From the IMG/VR virus record IMGVR_UViG_3300020057_000001, positions 96,072-160,071 of that record: 64,000 bases of DNA. The stretch is one strand, 5' to 3'. The translations under genes were made by a program, and so were the position numbers. The notes under the pieces are model-generated. The model ran no database searches. It was not told the DNA's origin and was given only the letters and a program-made list of their open reading frames with translations. Shown in pieces: positions 7,452 through 16,383 of the stretch. Source of the stretch: a virus. Every line of letters begins with the position of its first letter. Positions within the stretch are counted from its first letter, which is position 1.

Positions 7452-10078
7452 CCACCACCCCCATGCCGAGCTTGCTCTTGAAAGAGCATCCGAGCTTCAT
7501 TGATTTTCCCAAGGTCCGCAGTTACGGCTATACATCCGGTAGTGGCGCACAAAATCCCAAGTTCCACACCGTTGCGAATTACAGACGTGACCGTCACGGA
7601 CGAATCTGCTACACCGAGGTCCCGGAAGTCCCCGATAACAACCCCACTTTCTTCAAAGCGGACAGTTGTCGTACCCGTATCGGCTAGTGCTAGATCAAAA
7701 GTTAGCGCAGTTCCGTAATTTTCACATAATTGTAAAAGAACGGATTTAAAAGCTTCGCTCAAACCAGCCGACATGCCCGATGCCCTTGCAGCGTAGATGT
7801 AAGACATGCCTGCGCCAGGGACGACGCCGTTGCGGGAAGCTGCTTGAACGGCTTGAATAGCATCGTCAACTCGGTCGGCTCTTTCTTGAATGCTTGCAGA
7901 GTGCCCGCCACCGACAGAAATTGTAACCAGACCGCCCGTGAGTTCGGCGTTGCGTGCCGAAATAACATCGGCACCTTGGCGTGTGGGCGCAAAGCTAACA
8001 GCTTTTTCGTTCTGCGCAGCTCGCTCGGGAATCGTGTGCTTTGCCGCACGACCTGTGAGGATAGTCTTAAAGGGCTGCACCTCAATAGAGGTACAAGTAC
8101 CTAGGTCGTCGTAGGTGGACGTTCGGTAACTAGCGCCATCTTGCAGGGTGGCGCACGTGATAGCGGAAATGTCCAAGAGTCTCTGATACTCGACGTTCAT
8201 TTCCGGGCTTAAAGCGAGTTTCGATAAAAAGATGCGTCCTGTGTGCTTTCCGTGAGCGAGGTTGCGGTTCTGCACCATTACCTCGTTGGCAAGACCTTCA
8301 CCGATATCTTTTGCGAAACAGACCAAGTGTTGCTTGAATTGCCCATTGCTCTGGGCAGCAATACTGTTAACAGCTTGTGTGATCTGCTCCATGCTCTCAA
8401 GGTTCCCATTGTAGATAAAGACTGCGGGACCTTGAAGAACAAAAGAGTCGTTCTCGGCAGATTTTTCTGACACTGAAATAGCTAAGCTCTTGTGGTACTC
8501 GTACCCACGACCTGCACAGTAACCGTTTTGGCGTACAATTTTGTAGAGTTCATTCTGCAAAGCATCTTTTGCGATAGTGACCGTCCCATAGGCACCTACG
8601 TTGTCTAGGGCTTCTAGCGCAGCGGTGGCGATGTCGGAATCGCCATTAGAAGAAGTCATAGCTACGTGGTGTAAAAGGCTCGCATCTCGGATAGCAAGTT
8701 CCTCTACCTTGAGAATGGCTGCTTCTGCTTCTCGTTTAAATTGACGGGCGAGAGCTTGAGGATTTTTAGAAGAACTGTTGAGTATAGCGCTGGATACTGC
8801 CGCCGCAAGCACGAGAGTGGACGTCGTGTTGTGGGTGACAATGAAATTGTCTGTGATGTAAAGATTGTCAGGGTTACTGACTTTTATACACATCATAGGG
8901 GTTGTAACCCCTGTGGCTGTAATTTTGTCTAGCCTATTTCCGTACTTAAAGTTTTCTAAATGTGTGACGCTCCAGATCGGCGGCGGGAAGTAGAGGTTAC
9001 CTTCTTCGTGTTTCTGTAGCGACATCTTTACAGGTTTACCTAAACTGAGGCAAAGGTCGGTAAAGTCTTGAGCCAGCTCTTTACTGACGCTGCTAAACGC
9101 AACCACGCTGCTGTTAGTCGTGTAAGCGTCAGCGTCTGTTAAACCTTGAAATAATTTTTCACGATGATTCGCAGTTGTGTAGAGGTATGATTTAGGGATA
9201 AATTGTGCGCCTAGCAATCCTATAGACGCAAGAATTTGTTGCATGGTCTTACCGTCGGTCGAACGTCCCTGTATGCTTACGCGAAATGAAGAATCACTTA
9301 CTACGTAGGTAGAAGAGAGGTTAAACCCTTCGGGAAGAACCAACTTAGCGATAATGTGCTCTTTTGGCTTACTCAAAGAAATTTCAACAGATCCCGTACC
9401 ACGAAGTGAGACATCGCCAAGTAAGACACCCACGAGGTATGGGTCGAGAGGCATCTCTGCCTCATTGTTGCAGAATTGGACGTGAGTGAGAGGCGAGTAG
9501 TATCGTTTTTGGGTCTCTCCTTCGTTGTTAGCAATTATATAATCTTTGGCTAAATCACCCGTTGTTTTTGTTTCTAATCGAGGGCCGGTAGTACCCGCGT
9601 TTGTAACAGTCCAGAGGTGGTCGGCGCAGCATTCCACCTCGCGGTTGTCACTGAACAGCAGTTTGTAAATCTCTCGCTCGCCTTTAGGGAACACCCCTAA
9701 GACGGTTTGAATGGTTCCGTTTGTCCCACAGATTCCCATGCCTACTGTGACGTCCCGCATCTCAATGAAGCCTTTAGGTGTCAGCACTTTAGAGTACAGA
9801 GGCTGAGGGCCGTCGCCTGCATCTAATACTGTCTTGGCAGAAGACTGGTTGCAGAAGTAATGAATGGCGTGCTCTATCGGGTCGTTGAATTCTAATGCCT
9901 TTAAGACAGTAATACCGTCCTTGGTGTAAGTGGCACAAAAATCACCGAGCGGGTCACGCTTTTCAATAATTGCGGGTTTGCCGGAAGGTCCGAGGGTGGA
10001 CCCCACCGCTTGAGCGATCTTCGAGAGAGCTTCTACGGCTTTGCGTGAAGCGTCCTGTATTTCTAAAGTTTTTGTCAT
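7448..10078 (-). CDS. groEL: Phage chaperonin (GroEL/Cpn60 family), intein-containing precursor; ~549 aa after splicing
   Basis: STLGPSG, TKDGITV, AGDG|TTS (split by intein), DRVDDAIQA and GVVPGAG motifs, Gly-rich tail. Likely start is ATG 10078, overlapping the upstream TGA. Confidence 0.93.
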   Translation of the reverse strand: MTKTLEIQDASRKAVEALSKIAQAVGSTLGPSGKPAIIEKRDPLGDFCATYTKDGITVLKALEFNDPIEHAIHYFCNQSSAKTVLDAGDGPQPLYSKVLTPKGFIEMRDVTVGMGICGTNGTIQTVLGVFPKGEREIYKLLFSDNREVECCADHLWTVTNAGTTGPRLETKTTGDLAKDYIIANNEGETQKRYYSPLTHVQFCNNEAEMPLDPYLVGVLLGDVSLRGTGSVEISLSKPKEHIIAKLVLPEGFNLSSTYVVSDSSFRVSIQGRSTDGKTMQQILASIGLLGAQFIPKSYLYTTANHREKLFQGLTDADAYTTNSSVVAFSSVSKELAQDFTDLCLSLGKPVKMSLQKHEEGNLYFPPPIWSVTHLENFKYGNRLDKITATGVTTPMMCIKVSNPDNLYITDNFIVTHNTTSTLVLAAAVSSAILNSSSKNPQALARQFKREAEAAILKVEELAIRDASLLHHVAMTSSNGDSDIATAALEALDNVGAYGTVTIAKDALQNELYKIVRQNGYCAGRGYEYHKSLAISVSEKSAENDSFVLQGPAVFIYNGNLESMEQITQAVNSIAAQSNGQFKQHLVCFAKDIGEGLANEVMVQNRNLAHGKHTGRIFLSKLALSPEMNVEYQRLLDISAITCATLQDGASYRTSTYDDLGTCTSIEVQPFKTILTGRAAKHTIPERAAQNEKAVSFAPTRQGADVISARNAELTGGLVTISVGGGHSASIQERADRVDDAIQAVQAASRNGVVPGAGMSYIYAARASGMSAGLSEAFKSVLLQLCENYGTALTFDLALADTGTTTVRFEESGVVIGDFRDLGVADSSVTVTSVIRNGVELGILCATTGCIAVTADLGKINEARMLFQEQARHGGGG
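8828..9808 (-). mobile_element. Class 3 intein (327 aa) with degenerate LAGLIDADG domain, in groEL
   Basis: Begins PQPLYSKVLTP. Block B CCADHLW, block F MMCIKV, block G VTHN, then Thr(+1). LAGLIDADG-like PYLVGVLLGDV and LFQGLTDADA. Confidence 0.92.
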
Positions 10079-10746
10079 GGCAAATCCTCGTATTTTTTGA
10101 GTAGTGTAGCGGCTTCGTCCATGCTCTTGGCGAAACACTCTACCTGTACTTTAAATGTTTTGGCAAAAGATAACAGGTTGACGTCAGGTGGGTTACCCCA
10201 GACTAATTTACGGTGGCGTAACGGATGCACAAGGCAGAGCGTTAAAAGCCCGAGGTCCCAAGCAAACTGCCCATAGGAAGTTTTGGCAACAGGTTCTTTC
10301 ACGTCGTGAGAATACGGTGTTAGATCCCATACGTTCCCTGCGTTGGTTGAGTCTTCTCGGTACCATGAGGTTTGGTCCCAGGTCGGAGGCGTCGTGCCTT
10401 TGGAAAGAATGACTGCGGCCTCGCCTAGTTTGGATAGTGTGCCTCTTTTCGAGGTCGTCTGGTAGTGCATAAACACGACGTCACCAAACGTAAGCTGCGG
10501 GTACGCCGAAAGGTCTGCGGTATGCGACATCGCTTTTACAAGGTCCATCTTGCTATGTCTAAAGGTCAGTAAGGTGACACTATCACTAGAGGTGCCTTGG
10601 TTCAAACGAGTGAGGAGGGTTTTTGCTTCTTCTTGTTTGACGGGCATGTTGAACACGTAGACGTCGGCACTCGGCATAGGGGCTTCCCACACACTGTCAG
10701 TGCTGACGACTTGAATTGAGATAAGATTGTCTTCAGACTTCATCAT
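10075..10746 (-). CDS. Hypothetical protein resembling a catalytically degenerate beta-class N4C/N6A DNA methyltransferase
   Basis: Collinear MTase-like blocks (SADVYVFNMPV, GEAAVILSKG, GNVWDL, GQFAWDL) but no xPPY or DPFxGxG motif. Probable start MMKSE at 10746/10743. Confidence 0.45.
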   Translation of the reverse strand: MMKSEDNLISIQVVSTDSVWEAPMPSADVYVFNMPVKQEEAKTLLTRLNQGTSSDSVTLLTFRHSKMDLVKAMSHTADLSAYPQLTFGDVVFMHYQTTSKRGTLSKLGEAAVILSKGTTPPTWDQTSWYREDSTNAGNVWDLTPYSHDVKEPVAKTSYGQFAWDLGLLTLCLVHPLRHRKLVWGNPPDVNLLSFAKTFKVQVECFAKSMDEAATLLKKYEDLP

Positions 10747-11107
10747 CGGGGGTAGCCTCTTTTGCAAACTTAGAGAAGCCTGCTTGGTCGTGTCGGTTAA
10801 ATGCAACGATGTCCGTAAGGACAACTTCTTGAATTAAGTCTTCTGTTATAGTTTTGTCGGCTTCTTCAAACTCTACGTAGAAACTGCTCATAAAACCGTG
10901 AGCGATTACTACAGAGCCGCGCTTGACATGCTGTAAAGCATGACGAGCTACATCGTCTTTCGCAACTACCGTGTGGGGGAAGGATTCACCTCGGCTGTTT
11001 ACGATACCGATATCAAATTTAACTAGGGAGCCGCCGTTTCGGCGGGTTTTTACGTTAAGGTCAGAAGTTACAACCCCCATCAACTCACACCTGAAGTACG
11101 AAAACAT
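10733..11107 (-). CDS. ssb: Single-stranded DNA-binding protein (OB fold)
   Basis: L-x-G-x-x-x-x-D pattern, VKRGSVVIAHG and acidic C-terminal tail PDDEV. Confidence 0.7.
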   Translation of the reverse strand: MFSYFRCELMGVVTSDLNVKTRRNGGSLVKFDIGIVNSRGESFPHTVVAKDDVARHALQHVKRGSVVIAHGFMSSFYVEFEEADKTITEDLIQEVVLTDIVAFNRHDQAGFSKFAKEATPDDEV

Positions 11108-11142
11108 TTTTAAATCCTTTTTAAAATTTCTAGCACTTCTGT

Positions 11143-11171
11143 AGTGTAACGGGCGCTAAGAAAAAAATCAA
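11143..11171 (-). promoter_or_regulatory. sigma70-like promoter upstream of ssb
   Basis: TTGATT-N17-TACACT. Confidence 0.5.
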
Positions 11172-12979
11172 GCGAGGCTGTTCCAGTCTAGGTGCTGGGC
11201 GGTCGAGAGAGGGTTGTCGCAAGTAGGAGCACCCGTGAGGCTCCTCTTACCTTCGCGTGCTTTGTTTGACGCAGCGGTGTAATGCCCTAGATACACGTCT
11301 TTGTAAATGACCGTTTGAACTTCTTTCGATAGCTTAAAAGGTATATTAAAGGTATCCGTAAATTCCTTTACCGCAGGTTTAAACGATTCCAGTCTGCCAC
11401 CCAGTCTTTGCTGTATAACAACGAATACAGCGTCGATCAGTTGGTTTATCAAACTCACCATATGACTTTCAACCATAAAAGAAGGCGTAAGGTATTGAGA
11501 CGTCCCCAGTTCTATACGGCACAAGCAGTGCAACATAGCGGCTCTAGGGTTGCTAAAGCGCTCAGGGTACTGTTGAAATTCAGCTCGCACAAGCTGAGGT
11601 AGCAGACCAAAGTAAAACGCGTTAAAGTCGGGCGGTAACCTTGGGCCGTGTGTGTTTAACGGGTCGTAGGGGTTAATAAACGAACATCTTTCCCAGCCTA
11701 GCGAAGCAGCGTCCAGATCCTTTGTGTGCTCGTTAAAGTCAAAAAATTGCTGAGTATACGGGGGAAGCTCGCGCATAGGCGGAAACCCCTCAAGCGTGCG
11801 ATCCGCTTTTGCTCGGTCGACATCTAGTTTGCCGTGGCGTGTGTAAGTAAGCCAACAGAAAGGCCGATGTTGATAAATGACAGCTACTTTACGGTAGTTC
11901 TCAAGCACTAGCTCATGGTACTTGGCAAGCTGCTCCGTAGAGGAGAAGAGCCACTGATCTGGCGCCTCGCCGCAATCCACACGCCTGAAGTACTCTACCC
12001 ACCACGTGTAACGCGCCATCTCGGTAATGTTTTCACGGTAAGGGATGAACATGGGCGCTACGCTCTCGTTCATGTCGAGTTCGCCCGTGTAGTAGTGGTC
12101 GGTACGAAAGTCTAAAAACACTTTTAATTGTGCATGGAGTTTATACTTTTCGTCTCGTTCAGGCAAACCCCCGGATGCACGTTGCAGCACTAAGCCTCGG
12201 AGGGTTTTCTCAATTGCTTCGGTGTATTGGATGGACGAAGAAAAATCGTTGTTCCGTGCTTTGACAGCAGCGAAGTAAAAATAATCTTTTGGCTTTTCTA
12301 CGTAGGTGGTTATCCACTTTAAAAACGTAGTGAAATACTCGGGGCGCAGTCGCGGGTGAATATCAAAGGGGGTCATGTAGATATGCGCTATTTTCTCTGC
12401 GGGCTCTTCGGGCTCAAGTTGTACGGCTATGTGCCCGAAGCGCATAGGTAAGGCTAGGCGCGTCATGAGGCAGCTACGTCTCTCTATACCGTCCCAGAAT
12501 TCTAACCCACCAAACAGAAAAGTCAGGATTTTCGAAAACAGAAACTGGATATCGTCGCTGTCTTCAGGGTTTTGCCACGCTGCGGGACTGACGCAACCAA
12601 TACGCTCGTCTAGTATCTCTAAAAGCTCGCGATGCGTAGCGACGGGCATCGGGATAACATCCATCTTGGTCGGGTTACAAGTGAAATACTCGTAAAACAC
12701 GTTACCGGAGACGTCAGGGCTAGGGAAGTAGGGGTCAATGAGAGGACGGAAGTTAACCATGTCCGTTTTTGAATTTTCATGAAACTCAATAAAAGAGGGG
12801 TCGTATACAACGCGCCCGTTGAAGGAGCCGTTGAATGCGGGGTTTACGGTAGGGCGCTTCCCTGCGGCGTAGAGAGCTTTAATCTTCTCTAGAGTAGGGT
12901 CACGTACCACGACGTCGTCGTGAAGAGTAGTAGATCTAAGCGCCGTGACATTTGCAATAGCTCGTTTTTTCTTAATCAC
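11168..12979 (-). CDS. Hypothetical protein (603 aa), replication-module associated
   Basis: Long ORF between the HTH gene and ssb; no motif recognised. Confidence 0.6.
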   Translation of the reverse strand: MIKKKRAIANVTALRSTTLHDDVVVRDPTLEKIKALYAAGKRPTVNPAFNGSFNGRVVYDPSFIEFHENSKTDMVNFRPLIDPYFPSPDVSGNVFYEYFTCNPTKMDVIPMPVATHRELLEILDERIGCVSPAAWQNPEDSDDIQFLFSKILTFLFGGLEFWDGIERRSCLMTRLALPMRFGHIAVQLEPEEPAEKIAHIYMTPFDIHPRLRPEYFTTFLKWITTYVEKPKDYFYFAAVKARNNDFSSSIQYTEAIEKTLRGLVLQRASGGLPERDEKYKLHAQLKVFLDFRTDHYYTGELDMNESVAPMFIPYRENITEMARYTWWVEYFRRVDCGEAPDQWLFSSTEQLAKYHELVLENYRKVAVIYQHRPFCWLTYTRHGKLDVDRAKADRTLEGFPPMRELPPYTQQFFDFNEHTKDLDAASLGWERCSFINPYDPLNTHGPRLPPDFNAFYFGLLPQLVRAEFQQYPERFSNPRAAMLHCLCRIELGTSQYLTPSFMVESHMVSLINQLIDAVFVVIQQRLGGRLESFKPAVKEFTDTFNIPFKLSKEVQTVIYKDVYLGHYTAASNKAREGKRSLTGAPTCDNPLSTAQHLDWNSLA

Positions 12980-12992
12980 TGGTTTGTAAATC

Positions 12993-13982
12993 CTATTTAG
13001 AACGTGTGTGGGTATTTAAGCGTTGCGTTAATGAAAGAGATTCGGTAAAATCTGTAGCCGCTTCGTGAAGAGCGTGTTCCGCAGCGGCATGAACTTCGGG
13101 CGTAGTTGCATCGTGTAGGAGAGCTACGCGGAATTCTTCTTCTACTAGTAACCCCGAGTTCACAGGGAGGTTAAACCGTTCAACGGCACTCAGTAAATGG
13201 CTCAGCTCCGTTCTGTAGGGTACCACGAGAGTATTGGCTGTGTTTGTATTAGCGAAGAGCAAAAACGGGCACAAGGAGAGTTTTCGATAGTCGAAGCAGT
13301 CAATCATCGGTGGAATCCCTGTAGTGTACTGCTTATGTACCAGAGCACGGGCGGTCTCTATTTCAAAAGCCGAGGATGCGCAGTATTCAAAAACAGATTC
13401 AAGGTACTCGTTCCCTAGGGCTTTGTATATAGCTGCACGGCTAGGGCGAAGCTGGCGTGCCAAATTAAGCGCTGTCAGGTCGGACGCTAGCAAACCAACA
13501 ATATCGTAGCTCTCTGTAAAGATGCGAAGACCTCGTTTAAGTAGTTCGGCCCTTATTATTACGGTATTGCGATTCAAACTAGACTTGTAGCTAAAGAAAA
13601 AGGAACCGGGTAACCGTGTACCTTGGCGTAGAGATGTTCTGCTTTTGGTGGATTCACCTACCGGAGAGGTAAGCCAGTTACTCATAGGCTTGAGTGTGTA
13701 CTGGGGATGGTTACCGGCGGTATGCGTAATATCAAGTACACCCCGAGACGTTAAATGTCTAAGTGCGGCAGCAACAGCGGTCTTTCCCATCCCTGTTGCG
13801 TCAGTGAGATTCTGGCGAGACGGCATGAAGGCGTCCGAGTGAAACAATAGATGCATCAGGATAACAAACCCCCCCGAATCGAGCCTTAAATCCAAAAGCT
13901 CCCGCCGCAGCGTAAGGTACTTAGTTGTTTTAGCTTTTACCGCTTGATACGTACTCTCAACATACTCTGATTTCCCTAACAT
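12993..13982 (-). CDS. N-terminal winged-HTH protein, replication-initiator-like
   Basis: FMPSRQNLTDATGMGKTAVAAALRHLTSRGVL...PQYTL resembles the HTH of phage replication initiators; adjacent to iteron-like repeats. Confidence 0.6.
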   Translation of the reverse strand: MLGKSEYVESTYQAVKAKTTKYLTLRRELLDLRLDSGGFVILMHLLFHSDAFMPSRQNLTDATGMGKTAVAAALRHLTSRGVLDITHTAGNHPQYTLKPMSNWLTSPVGESTKSRTSLRQGTRLPGSFFFSYKSSLNRNTVIIRAELLKRGLRIFTESYDIVGLLASDLTALNLARQLRPSRAAIYKALGNEYLESVFEYCASSAFEIETARALVHKQYTTGIPPMIDCFDYRKLSLCPFLLFANTNTANTLVVPYRTELSHLLSAVERFNLPVNSGLLVEEEFRVALLHDATTPEVHAAAEHALHEAATDFTESLSLTQRLNTHTRSK

Positions 13983-14022
13983 AAACCCTCTCAGTAAATT
14001 GCGATCAATACTACTTTCAACC

Positions 14023-14049
14023 GTATCGGCAGACCCAAACGAAAGTCAA
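14023..14049 (-). promoter_or_regulatory. Leftward promoter, sigma70 -35 / sigma28 -10 hybrid
   Basis: TTGACTTT-N11-GCCGATAC upstream of 13982. Confidence 0.4.
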
Positions 14050-14078
14050 GCTCTATTTCTACCTGACCTAGAATTCAA

Positions 14079-14370
14079 CCCAAGGGGTACCCTGGTATCA
14101 AAACCGGACAGGGGGTACCCTGGTATCAAAACCAGCCAAGGGGTACCCTGTCCGGTTTGAAGGATAGCTTGTCCGGTTTTAATTTCCAAACAGGTACCCA
14201 ACTAGTGCTTGTTAAGGTACCCACCCCGGTCATGTAAAGCAAAATTCTAAGTTTGTAATCAACCTGGGGTAGGCTGGTTTTAGGTACCCCCCCTGCCCGT
14301 GCGACGGGCAGCTATTAATAATAACTAATAAAAACTTATTAATAAAAAAAAAAACTAACAATAAAACCAA
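14079..14370. repeat. Iteron-like direct/inverted repeats plus AT-rich tract; candidate replication origin
   Basis: GGGGTACCCTG at a 28-bp period (14084, 14112, 14140), six GGTACC palindromes in ~200 bp, AAACCGGACA/TGTCCGGTTT inverted pairs, a GC hairpin at 14294-14310, then an almost pure A/T tract at 14313-14366. Located at the strand switch. Confidence 0.6.
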
Positions 14371-14626
14371 TGCGCGAGGCGCAAATTGCTGCGCGCTCCG
14401 CTTGCACACTTCGGAATCCGGAAGGCGGTGGATCATTCTTACCTCCAGCAATGAAGCCAACTCCCTCCTGAAGGCATTTCCTCTCTGAAGCCTACTTTTA
14501 GCCCTCCTGTGATGCCCTAGACCTCTGACCCTTGTCAGTGTAGCCATTGAGCTTTAGAACGTCACCTTGAGGCTGAAAACAACTTTCCCCTGTAGCCCTG
14601 TGCCCATGTAGCCAAAAGTAGCACCA

Positions 14627-14655
14627 TTGCAAAACTAGAACATCCAAGGTAAAAT
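14627..14655 (+). promoter_or_regulatory. Rightward promoter of the structural arm
   Basis: TTGCAA-N17-TAAAAT, 28 nt before ATG 14683. Confidence 0.55.
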
Positions 14656-14682
14656 CATGTAGCAACTCATGAAGGATTTGAA

Positions 14683-15519
14683 ATGATTAATAAAACTAGC
14701 ATTTCTGATGTGAATACTACCCCTGGACTGACTGGAATTGGGAACCTACTGGGTAAAAGCCCTGTAGCCTCCTTCAATCTCGACGGCATAGAAAATCTTA
14801 TCAACACCAAAGGGTTTTTGGGGTTTCATATCAAATCGGCGATAAATCCCGACAGAAACACGGTCACTGCTGGCTTAAATCCTAACGATAACGGCTACTC
14901 ACGTATTTTCTACTCTGTTCATCCTGTACGTCTGGTGCCAACAAACATGAGCCTGACGGATACCCTTACGCGTGTCGGGTTAGCGATTCAAGGCAGTTCT
15001 GTACTCAACCTTTCTGGATCCTACTTAGACAACCCAAACGCAAGAGTTCACGCAAAAACCGGCGACCTTATTGTAATGAACCCGAGTTTCACCGAGGTCT
15101 ACGATCAGATCGTCGACTACGACGGAGAAGCGGTACTAAAACTTCACTACCCTGCCCGTGAGGTGGACTACCTAGCGTCCTCGAAACAAGCCTTCGAGTT
15201 TGGCGTAGACTTCCTACTTACCCCGGACGGCTCAATTCAGTGGCTGAGAGGTGCACTCAGTCCTTCCAAGGGGGACGTGCTTAGCATCGTGTACACAGCC
15301 TCACCCATCTACGTAGTAAACCGCGTAGAGCATAGTTTGCGAATTCTGCCTAGTAACACCACGGGCAACGGTAGTAGCCCAAGACAAGCGCGCTACGCGC
15401 CTCAACTGCTTTTAGCCAATCTCTCAAACGTTCGATCCGAGGGACCTTCCTTTGACCCATTCTCACTTCCTGTCGTCCAAGACTGGCAAAAATATTTACT
15501 CGCTCACGAAAAATACTAA
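14683..15519 (+). CDS. Neck / head-completion protein (Twort/K-like)
   Basis: LHYP...FEFGVDF...W...G-x-x-LSIVY...PIYVV...H-x-x-R resembles Herelleviridae neck proteins; context. Confidence 0.55.
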   Translation: MINKTSISDVNTTPGLTGIGNLLGKSPVASFNLDGIENLINTKGFLGFHIKSAINPDRNTVTAGLNPNDNGYSRIFYSVHPVRLVPTNMSLTDTLTRVGLAIQGSSVLNLSGSYLDNPNARVHAKTGDLIVMNPSFTEVYDQIVDYDGEAVLKLHYPAREVDYLASSKQAFEFGVDFLLTPDGSIQWLRGALSPSKGDVLSIVYTASPIYVVNRVEHSLRILPSNTTGNGSSPRQARYAPQLLLANLSNVRSEGPSFDPFSLPVVQDWQKYLLAHEKY

Positions 15520-15532
15520 AGGAACCAGCAGC

Positions 15533-16381
15533 ATGCAAGACTTAGACAAAAAGAACGACCCTCTCAATGCGGAACAACCACCGAAAGACGTGAAGAAGCT
15601 CGTAGCGGCATTCCAAACTGTATTTGAACACCAAAACGGGCGCATGCCTGACGAAGGCGAAGTAGGTGAATTTCTACAAGCTGCTGGCCTAGAGGAAGAA
15701 GTAGACAAGAGTGAAGGCGATGAACCCGATGTGCTACATACCCAGGTCATTGAAAGTAAGAACGGTGACCCTTTGTTTTACCTTCTACCAAACGACCGCT
15801 GCTTTGACGTAGAGCAAGGCGCGTGGCTTTCCAATGTTCCCAGTTTTGTCGCAGAGCTTCAAGCAAGACCTATGAACCGAGAAGATTTAGTTCCTATGAT
15901 CATTCATGGTCTTGTAGACCCTCAAAGTTTCGCGGCGCTTAAGGAAAGAAAGCTCGTGAGCAATGTAGTAGTTCGGTTGTACGACCAAATGAACCAGCAG
16001 CAAGAGTTAGTTAAATCGGTTGATTCGGTTGATTCTGACGAAGGTTACGACTTGTTCAATGACGGTGATTTTGACGACAGCGACTTGAACGAATTCGGCA
16101 CAAACGAAAGCAATGGCGTCGAATTTGCGCCGTTGGTTGAAGCTCAGGTTGGTCCCAACCAAGTCGACGAGCTGTTTCGCCTAGCTCAAATCTACACGCT
16201 CGATAAGCGTCTTGAGGAAGCGATTCGCAAAATAGTACGCGACGAAATTGGCGTAACGTCAGTTGAGCCACTTGAGCAATCGTTGGACCTCGCAGCGGCA
16301 GACCGCATGCATCAAGCCGATGCAGCGGCTAATGAAACCAGTAACGCTGGGGTCGTCCCTGGTAACTACTCACCGGTGTAA
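15533..16381 (+). CDS. Acidic hypothetical protein, possibly head morphogenesis
   Basis: Likely start MQDLDKK with AAGGA RBS; VDKS and LVKS motifs. Confidence 0.55.
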   Translation: MQDLDKKNDPLNAEQPPKDVKKLVAAFQTVFEHQNGRMPDEGEVGEFLQAAGLEEEVDKSEGDEPDVLHTQVIESKNGDPLFYLLPNDRCFDVEQGAWLSNVPSFVAELQARPMNREDLVPMIIHGLVDPQSFAALKERKLVSNVVVRLYDQMNQQQELVKSVDSVDSDEGYDLFNDGDFDDSDLNEFGTNESNGVEFAPLVEAQVGPNQVDELFRLAQIYTLDKRLEEAIRKIVRDEIGVTSVEPLEQSLDLAAADRMHQADAAANETSNAGVVPGNYSPV

Positions 16382-16383
16382 TC

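Noticed and set aside
10079-10138. Track start for groEL (and similar upstream extensions at 10824, 15452, 17968, 48893, 49854, 50802)
   Set aside because: These extensions overlap neighbouring genes or lack an RBS; downstream starts with an RBS or stop-start coupling fit better.
14230-14547. 105-aa minus-strand ORF in the intergenic region
   Set aside because: It spans the poly-A tract and repeats, has no RBS and has atypical composition; better explained as non-coding.
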